Source: Octopus sinensis (lineage: Eukaryota). From it: a DNA stretch of 64,000 bases. Below the pieces are notes generated by a model, which worked only from the letters and a program-made list of their open reading frames with translations, was not told where the DNA came from and searched no databases. The translations under genes and the position numbers were made by a program. Position 1 is the stretch's first letter. The number at the start of each line of letters is the position of its first letter. Positions 53,850 through 64,000 of this stretch are shown here, one piece after another. The stretch spans positions 47,802,001-47,866,000 of the forward strand of contig NC_043001.1 in assembly GCF_006345805.1 (NCBI RefSeq), in the 5' to 3' direction.

Positions 53850-54440
53850 CATGTTTTGTATTACGTTCTGAGTTCAAATTCCGCCGAGGTCGACATTGCC
53901 TTTCATCTTTTCGGGGTCGATAAATTAAGTACCAGTTACGCACTGGCGTCGATATAATCGACTTAATCTATCTGTCTGTCTTTGTTTGTCCCCTCTATGT
54001 TTAGCCCATTGTGGGCAATAAAGAAATAAGAATCGTTAGCGTGATAAAGTAAATTTCTATCAGCATTTCTCCCGACGCTGCACATTCTTAGTTGAAATTC
54101 CGCTGAGGGCGACTTTAATTTTTCTCCTTTTGAGGTCGATAAAATAAGTACCAAGTAAGCAATGGGGGCCAATGTAATCATCTTATCTCCTCTCCTTAAA
54201 ATTATTGGTTTGTACCAAAATTTGAAACAATTATTATTATAATATAAGGTGGCGAACTTGTAGAATCGTTAGCACGTCGTACAAAATGCTTAGCAGCATT
54301 TCTTCCGGCTTTTTACATTCTGAGATCAAATTCCGCCGTGGCCAAATTTGACTATAAACATTTCGGGGTTGATAAAATATGTACCAGATGAGAACTGTGA
54401 TTGATGTAATCGACTCGCTCCCTCCCCATAAAATTGCTGT
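53850..54440 (+). mobile_element. Three co-oriented SINE family B pieces
   Basis: ttctgagttcaaattccgccgaggtcgacattgcctttcatc..ggggtcgataaattaagtaccagt, repeated with divergence. Confidence 0.8.
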
Positions 54441-55179
54441 TTTGTGCCAGAATGAGGAAGAATTATTATTGAACACTTTAGTGCAGTTCTTTAAAAACGA
54501 GTTACTTGAATGTAATTACATTCACACTGAAAAAAGATCTATAGTAATTTTAAAACCTTAACTTATAGGCAAGTTGTTAATTTTCACTCCAATATTAATT
54601 ACGCTGTGTAACACGAATTTTGTCCTTGAGAAGCAACTGTTATTTCTTATTTGCTTACATATAGGAAATATGAAAAATGGCTCATATTTCTTTCAAACAT
54701 TGCTTTTGTTACATTTATTCAAACCCCACCAAAATCCATACGAAAATATGGTTATGGTGCTCCTCCACAACCCCTGCTCGTGATCAGAGATGCATATATT
54801 GTCAGCCACTAAGAGACATGCTCAAGTGGTTAAAGTCAAGCAACTAACAAGCAAATCTGTCATATTGAGCAGAATATTTGCTATAACGATGTCTCTGCTT
54901 CAGCAAATTAGCGTTAAGTTGCTGAAGCAGAAATATCGTTATAGCAAATATTCTGTCCGAAATGTAATGGAAAATAGGTCAGTTTCAAAACATTGATGTC
55001 CAGGTCACAAAGACAAAGACTGAAGGGAATAGTAGTCATTTCCTTTGATTTCTAGACAGAAGCAAATAGGAAAAAACACTTACTGACCAAACACAAAAAT
55101 AAATGAATAAATAAAATAGAAGTTTGTTACACAATGTAATATATGCGTGAGTGATTAACTTTTAAATCCTTCTAAATCT

Positions 55180-55441
55180 TTCTTTTATCTGTTCCAGTCA
55201 TTTGACTGCGGCCATGCTGGAGCGCCGCCTTAAAAGGTTATAGTAAAAAAAATCGACCCCAGCACTTATTCTTTGTAAGACTAGAATTCATTCTATCGGT
55301 CTCTTTTACCAAATCACCAAGTTACGAAGACGTAAGCACACCAGCGTCGGTTGTCAAGCGATGGTGGGGTAACAAACACAGACACACATAAATATATTAC
55401 ATATATATGTATTATATCTATATCTATATATGTATGTATGC

Positions 55442-55485
<44 letters not shown>

Positions 55486-55718
55486 TATATATAATATTAG
55501 GGGGAAATTCAATTTTTTTATCTCTAATTCATATTTTATATTATATATATTATATATATATATATACGATAGGTTTCTTTCAGTTTCCGCTTACCAGATC
55601 GATTCACAATGTTTTGAGCTCGAGGGTATAGTAGAAGACACTCGCCCAAGGTGTCACGAAGTGGGACTGGATCCGGATCCATCTGGTTGGGAAGCTAACT
55701 TCTTACCACTCAGCCACG
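55180..55718 (-). mobile_element. SINE family A with expanded internal (TA)n
   Basis: gactgcggccatgctggagcgccgcc and gaagacactcgcccaaggtg motifs. Confidence 0.85.
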
Positions 55719-56600
55719 CCTATCTTGCTGAATATACTTCCAAATATTTTGTGTAAAGAGATTGGTGTACAGTTTTGAACCACTCGAAGGGAATATTTGC
55801 TATCCTTCCTTCCTTCCTTTTACACTCTTCATCCTCATATTACACGTTTCTACACGAATTCTTCTTTATGAAATTTTGTCAAATAATTGCACAACGCATC
55901 CATTGGTGGAGCATGCGCACACACGATTTGTTGTTGCTTTGAAATTTTGACATTCATTTGGATATGGTTTTGGCCAATTGAGTTCTTGAGTAGATAAGAT
56001 AGTTTGAGTAACCGTACAACTAGTTTGTTGGATATTCGTTAATCGAACCTGATTATTAAATTTTAATTCAGGCCAGTGACAGATACTGGTTCTTGCTTCA
56101 TGTGCCTTGCCTGGCAAATTCTTGGAGATGTCAACTTTTCATTCATTTCATAGTTCCATCCTGCAGCATTGTTCTTTGAACAGATAACAAATGCAACGAT
56201 TTTCATTTTCAATGTAGCGTCTTATTCGATTTTTTTTTTTCTAGCGGAGACATTTTTCTTTCACACTTTCTTTTTTCCTTTTGTTTGTTTCAGTCGTTGA
56301 ACTGCAGCCATGCTGGAGCGCTGCCTTGAAGGATTTATTCGAACAGACCGACCCCAGCTATTTATTTTTGACGTCTGGTATTTACTCTATCGATCTCTTT
56401 TACGGAACCACTATATTACAGGGACGTAAACAAACCACTACCGGTGGTCAAGCAGTGGAGTTGGAGCAAATACTAAGATATGTACATGTACACCCTCATA
56501 CACACATATTTACACCCATACATACTAAAGTCATGTACCTTTGTATCTACATGTACATACCCTCAAACATGTATATGCGTGTTTATATATTATATATATA

Positions 56601-56657
<57 letters not shown>

Positions 56658-56874
56658 TCTTACTATACAGTCACGCCTGCGCCTATATATTATATACAGG
56701 GAGGAGGATTCACAAAAAGACAAAAGACGAAGACAGTTGGTGTAGATAACAAACAGATGTATTACTTTAACGCTCGGGAAGTGAAAATGTCTTTAACATT
56801 TCGAGCCTACGCTCTTCCACACAAAGGAACACAGAAACAGGGAGAGAAAATAAAGAATGTGTAGTGGCTAGTGA

Positions 56875-56939
<65 letters not shown>

Positions 56940-57684
56940 TGTGTGTGTGTGTGTGTGTCTATATATGTGTATGTATATATATACATATATATATATCTAC
57001 ACACACACACATATATACGTATGTATGTTGTATGTATGTACACACATAATCACACATACATACAGGTGTGTATGTGCGTGCATATGTGTGTATATGTGTA
57101 TCTGTGTGTGCGTATTTATGTGTGTGTGTGTGATCCATTCTTTCCGCTTAATTATTTTATATAGAGATTGGTCATAGGCCTCAACTAATTTCTAATTTGT
57201 ACCAGGACCTACAACATTATCAAAAGTAGTAATAATAATTGTGCTGTCATAGTTTTAAGAGTTTAAGAGATATAAGACTCTTCAGTCCACTTCATGGTTC
57301 CGGCGGAGAAAATGGAAAAGGCGTTACCCCGAAGAATGACGAAGACGCACTAGAACAGCCACTCTGATTCACAGAGTTTGCACTTGCGGATAGCCATTTC
57401 TAACCTGATAGCTGTGAACAGGGATGTAGACCTGAGTCCAGAAACGCCGAAGGTCTCACACTTCCGCAGGTTCGACCACAAGTCTGTCAGTGTGACGGGT
57501 GATACTAAGATATTTTGCCCCTCTTGGGTAAACTGCCGTTGGGGATAGTGTAGCTACATGTAGCATCCCAGACAAGAGTCCTTTGTTGTATAACTCTGTC
57601 AGGAAATAAATATATGGATTAGATGAACGAAAATATGCGTTGTAAGAATTATGCAGGACCAGTTACCGTGTATTTTTTTTTGTT

Positions 57685-58072
57685 ATCTTTTACTTGGTTC
57701 AGTCATTAGACTGCAACCATGCTGGGACACCATCTTGAAGAATTTTTTGTCGAATGAGTCGACGCCAGTACTTATTTTGTAACAGCTTGGTACTTACTTA
57801 TTCTATCGGTCACTTTAGACAAACCGTTAAGTTACGGGGACGTAAACACACTAACACCAGTTGCCAAGCTGTAATGGGAGACAAACACAGACACAAAAGC
57901 GCATACACAAAGCTATATACATACATTTATCTCGACCGGCTTCTTTCAGTTTCCATCCACAAAATCCATTTTCAAGGCTTTTGGTCGACCCGAGACTATA
58001 GTAGAAGACACTTGCCCAAGGTTCCACGCAGTGGAACTGAATCCGGAACCATGTGGTTGTGAAGCAAGCTTC
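57685..58072 (-). mobile_element. SINE family A
   Basis: Same motif order as 8602-8992. Confidence 0.85.
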
Positions 58073-58119
58073 TTACTATTTGCATTTATACACACACACA
58101 TACACATATATTTGACGAA

Positions 58120-58160
<41 letters not shown>

Positions 58161-58371
58161 AGAGAAGACACAGACAGAAGGACAGACATGGGCAGAGATA
58201 TAGCGACAGACACATGTACATAATCACGGAGCAGGTGGGAGTGATTGGCGAGAATATAATAAATTCAATAGTTTATCTATTATTAGATTTGAAGCTTAAG
58301 TTTTTGTTTTTATTAACCTTTGAATGAGACGAAGAAGAAAACAGAGGAGAGGCTCTCGATATTGTGGCAAC

Positions 58372-58444
<73 letters not shown>

Positions 58445-58445
58445 T

Positions 58446-58522
<77 letters not shown>

Positions 58523-58967
58523 TCGCTTGGTGGCAGTATTGGTGGTCGTCGTATTTGCGAAGGTGGTGGAGGTGTTGGTGGTGACAACGTCGACTAGTTG
58601 AACATGTACTACGTGTGTTTGTGTGTACGTGTGGGTGTTGATATGTGTGGAAAGAAGGGTGAAAGAGAGAGCCGGAGAGAAAGACAGAGAGAGAGAGATG
58701 AAGGGGGAGAGAAAGGAAGTGAGAGAGAGAGAGAGAGAGAGAGAAAGAATAAGAAGAAATAAAGGGGGAAGTAAGCAGAGAAAAGAAGGAGAATGAAGCG
58801 AAAGTGTTTAAAAGGAGATATCTACAGAGATAAACATTTGATAAATCGTATGAATGAATCGATAGTTAGGTATGTACGTGTGTTTATATGTGTATATACA
58901 TACATATACACACATAAATATACGCACATATGCGTATTATCTAATACTGTGTGTAGGGGCGCGTCTA

Positions 58968-59008
<41 letters not shown>

Positions 59009-59021
59009 GTCTGTCTGTCTA

Positions 59022-59080
<59 letters not shown>

Positions 59081-59279
59081 ATCACATACACACCCTTATA
59101 TTTATATGTGCTTAGATATACATAGGTTTGTAGATATGTATGGATAGCTGGAGATAGATAAATAGATAGATAAATAGATAGATAGATACACTGAAAAACT
59201 GATATAGAAATCTGATGCCTGTATATGTAATTGTACATCTTTTCCTTTTCTTTTAGTTTTTGTTATTCTCTCTCCCTCT

Positions 59280-60030
<751 letters not shown>

Positions 60031-60146
60031 TCTGTTTGTCTGTCCACCCGCCAGTGTTTTCCTTCTATTTTTTTCCAATTATTCAATCATTTTCTTCGTT
60101 TCTTTCCGTCTGTCCATCTTTCTTTCAAACATTTGCTCGTGCTGTC

Positions 60147-60232
<86 letters not shown>

Positions 60233-61148
60233 GCAGACAAATATACAGAGAGACACGGGGAGAAACAGAGACAGAGAGAAAAGACGAGAGATATGAAGGA
60301 GGAACTAGATATTAGGAGATATATATATATATATAGAGAGAGAAACAGACAGAGACAGAGAGACTAACAAAGACAATTAAGGAGAGATAACGTGAAACTG
60401 AATAGACTATCAGACAGAGAAAAAGGAGAGAGACAGAGAAAGACAGAGAGAAGAGGTGAACGAGAGAACGGCGAATGAGTAAAAGAAGAGCGAGAGAGAG
60501 AGAGAGAGAGAGAATGGTGAGAGAAAAAGCAAGAACTGACGGGTGTGTAGTTGCTTCAGGAACTGGCGTGGAATTAACTATTGCATAAATTCAATTGAAG
60601 ATATCTATTGATTGAGCGGAATCGTGATTATCAAAAATACTTAACTTCAGCCACGTTGCTCAGAACAACATGATGTAATAGCAATATTGTTCGTTGTTGT
60701 TACTGCTGTTACTGATGTTTTTGTAGCAGTTGTTATTGTTGTTGATGTTGTTGTTGTTATTAATGGCGTTGTCATCGTTGTTGCTGCTGCTGCTGCTGCT
60801 GCTGCTTTTGTTGTTTCTGTCGTCGTGGATGTTGACATCGTGGCTGATTTCGTTGCCTGTGTAACCTCAGATCCGTCCCGACCGAACACACGACCTATGG
60901 TACCTAGACAGTCAATCGATTGTCCACAAGTACGATACACAAATGCAGACATGCTTCGACATTTACCAAGTATCAACGTAGCACATTGCGACATAAGTAT
61001 TTGTTGCTGTCGTTATTGTTCTTTAGCCACAGGTCAACCTGATCGAGCAGATTTATAGTCAAAGATCCTCCAACTATGGCTATCCCGTCCTTTTCCCTTC
61101 GCGCTGTAAACTTGGAACTACGTCAAACAATGCGCCTTTTTTCGTTAC

Positions 61149-61192
<44 letters not shown>

Positions 61193-61229
61193 TATTATTA
61201 TTATATTATTATTATTATAAGTATTATTA

Positions 61230-61425
61230 TTAAGACTGCCAGATGACAGAATCGTTAGCGAATTGTTTAGCGGTATTTTGCCCGTCGCTACGTTCTAAGT
61301 TCAAATTCCGCCTAGGCCGATTTTGCCTGTTATCCTTTCGGGATCGATAAATTAAGTGCCAGTAAAACACTGGGGTCAGTGTAAATGACTCATCCCCTCC
61401 CCCAGAATTGCTGCACTTGTGGCAA
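61230..61425 (+). mobile_element. SINE family B
   Basis: gacagaatcgttagc..ttcaaattccgcc..tcctttcgggatcgataaattaagtgccagt. Confidence 0.8.
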
Positions 61426-61454
61426 AATTAAAAATTTTTATCATTATCATCATT

Positions 61455-62006
61455 GAGTGAGAGAGCAGGGTATGCCATTTAAGTGTCACTGGGGTAATAT
61501 ATGCGAAGCCCAATATACCCATCACGACTACCCGTTTGATAAGGGTATACTAGACACATGCATCACAACCATATGCACGCGACATAGTAATCTCATAACA
61601 AGTTAAACAGCGCATGACCTTGCAGGTGGGGTCCTGTTAGAAGATCCCTGAATAAGGGTTGCTTCAGGATAAACACCCATGTTTTCCAGAGGTAAATTAT
61701 TCAAAGCCCAAAGAATGCCTCTCAATACAAGGCTATGATGCTCCCCCACTACTTTTGCTCGTGATTAGAGATGCACATATCGTCAGTCACTAAGGGACTT
61801 GCTCAACTGATTAAGGTCAAACAAATGACAAACAAATCTGTGTTATTGAGTAGAATATTTGCTGTAGCCCATCTTTTATACCAAGACAAAACATGTACAT
61901 GGTAATACTTCCAATCAGTTAAGATGAGAAACCATGAGAGCCAGTACTGAATCAGGGCATTAGCCAGTACTGAATCAGGACATTAGCCAGTGCCTGGTAC
62001 TGCATC
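61455..62006 (-). mobile_element. Family C element, more diverged, with a 23 nt terminal slippage repeat
   Basis: Collinear with 24401-24954; agccagtactgaatcagg(g/a)catt at 61939-61961 and 61962-61984. Confidence 0.8.
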
Positions 62007-62019
62007 TATTATTATTATT

Positions 62020-63175
62020 ATGTTTTTCCTTCTTTCTTCAAATTTTCTTCCGTTTCTCATGAGTGTTTTCCATACACCTAGGGCAGATAAGCTCATTGTA
62101 TGCTTTCCCAGATTACACGCGCTAATTCACAGATAAAATATGTATTCAAAAATTAATAAATAAATAAATTCATGGATGGATGTTGTTTTCACAGCGATAG
62201 TGCTCTTCTCAGTACATGAGCCGTTCCAGTTAATACGAATTTTTGCACTTCCTGTAGGGATGGTAAGCCTGGAATCATTTTCAAATAGGTTTCAGTAGTA
62301 CCTTTCTTTTATCATTCCTAGAGATCCTACAATCACTGGTACTGTAGTCGCCTTGAGATGCCACATTTTTTCAATTTCTATTAGCAAGTTTTTATATTCA
62401 CTAATCTTGTCAAATTCCTTCGCCGCTATAATGTGATCGCAAGGAATACTCATGTCAATTAATAAACACATCTTTTTTGTCTGATCTTTTATAATAATAT
62501 CCGGTTTATTAGCTTTTATAGTCTTGTCGGTCTGTACGGGGAAGTCCCATAGAATCGACACATTTTCTCCCTCAGTCACAGCTTCAGGATGGTGTTTATA
62601 CCGTTTGTCAGCGGTTTTGATTTTATAATGCCAACATATTGTCCAATGTAAATACTGGCCGACTCTGTCATGTCTTGCTTTATATTCTGCAGGTGCTAAG
62701 ACTCTACACCCTGAGATTAGGTGGTCTATTGTTTCAATCGCATTGTTACAGAATCGGCATTTTGGGTCAGCTCCATTTTTTATCACATTGGCTTGGTAGT
62801 TCCGGGTTAATAAACTTTGGTCTTGAACAACTAATATGAAACCTTCACTCTCTGCTTTTAGCCTTGAGCTTCGTAACCATTGGTGCGTGTGTTTCTGGTC
62901 GACATCAGCTTGTTTGCTACGGGCCACATACTTGCCATGGAGAGATTTCTGTTCCCATCTGCTAGATAATTTTTCATGTGCTTTTGTCTTTGAAATTAAT
63001 TTTATTTTCTTTGTAGCAGCAGTTGGCGCATTTCCTTCAGCCTGATCAATCTGATGGGTATCTAAGAGATCAGCAGCAAATGTTTTGCTCTCTTTGAGAA
63101 TAGAGTGAAGTTTTTTCAGTCTTTCATGTTTTTCAAGAAGTTTTAGCATCCAATCGTTGGTTGCTTCAAGGTATT
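62020..63175 (-). pseudogene. R4/Dong-type LINE 3' end (second subfamily) with a 285 aa open stretch
   Basis: KSLHGKY, WLRSSRLKAESEGFIL..QDQSL, CRFCNNAIETIDHLISGC, RHDRV, ILWDFPVQTD..KPDIII..IDMSIP, VPVIVGSLG; the 3' UTR ends in (TAA)n at about 62020. Confidence 0.9.
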
Positions 63176-63189
63176 TTATTTATTTACTG

Positions 63190-64000
63190 GTCATGATTCA
63201 AGAACCCTGCGAATAATTCATGCTATGTCGATTATCATACATATTCTTTCGTTTTTATTCACCACAGCAATGTCCGATTTCCGATGTCTGGTCGGGCGAT
63301 CGCACTGGATCATTGTATCCCACAGAATTTTGCAATTCTCATTTTCGGTGACTCATACCATGTCTTTGCTTTTTGTAGACCGTGATTTCCACAGAGCTCC
63401 CAAGGGATCATTCTCGCCACATTATCATGGCATCTTTTGTATTCGCGTTGTGGCAATTTCAGGCATTCGCTAACGATGTTTTACCCCTCACACCATACAT
63501 TCTGCGTTTGTCGCAATCAGTAGTGTTGTCTATTCTGCACTTCATATAGTTGGTCCTTAACGCCTGTTCCTGAGCTGCGTATATGAGTGTTTCTGTTTCT
63601 ATCTTCATGTCACGCCTCCTCATCCATAGCCACCGGTCATCTGTATCTGTCTTGGCCTTCACATTTCTTGAAAATTGGCCGTACATTTTCTTTTCTTTTC
63701 ATGCTTTTTTTGTTCATTTCTTGTTTAAATTTTTCTTTAGTTACACTATTTTCAGCTTTGATGACGCCATCCTTGTTCGTGTGTTTCAACAGTGACTCCA
63801 CGGCATTTTTTATATACCACACTAAGCTGTTTTCCTTTGCTTCTATACAGTCCTGACAACTGATCAAACCTCTCCTACCCTTTCTTCTGGATAAATACAG
63901 CCTATTGGTGTCACTCTTAGGGTGGAGGGCTCCGTTCATTGTCAACATTTTTCTCGGTATCCATTTTCTTCATTTCTCTCTTTTGCCATTTTGTAATTCC
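63190..64000 (-). pseudogene. R4/Dong-type LINE fragment (third subfamily), running off the window
   Basis: GALHPKSDTNRLYLSRRKGRRGLIS, MYGQF, WLWMRRRDMKIETETLIYAAQEQALRTNY, NCKILWD. Confidence 0.85.

Noticed and set aside
55760-56230. 83 aa ORF with CACSTNGC suggesting a zinc finger
   Set aside because: Short, no complete motif or splice context; probably decayed transposon sequence.
57240-57300. Minus-strand CTGAAGA with a possible stem II
   Set aside because: GAAA and the cleavage triplet are not recoverable.

Overview
AT-rich, microsatellite-saturated, non-coding eukaryotic DNA. The SINE families look to me like octopus (coleoid cephalopod) repeats; that assignment is recognition from memory, not a database result. 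I found no supportable host gene, rRNA, true tRNA or CRISPR array, and most listed ORFs are translated microsatellites. Recognisable content: (1) a 3.4 kb 5'-truncated Tx1/L1-clade LINE flanked by (GATA)n; (2) four decayed R4/Dong-type LINE pieces, two of them ending at (TAA)n, with a recurrent 555 bp non-coding element in the same TAA tracts; (3) Penelope-like element (PLE) RT and GIY-YIG remnants; (4) Tc1/mariner remnants, a MITE and a Helentron-type element; (5) many tRNA-derived SINEs. The most striking unannotated structure is a set of 13 hand-folded type I hammerhead-ribozyme motifs: 6 with an intact catalytic core and 7 with one or two core changes. Most have a long, sequence-unrelated stem II and a tiny palindromic stem III. 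Many sit in or beside head-to-head fold-back palindromes, the largest 1.65 kb. All folds and alignments were done by eye and none is computationally or experimentally verified.
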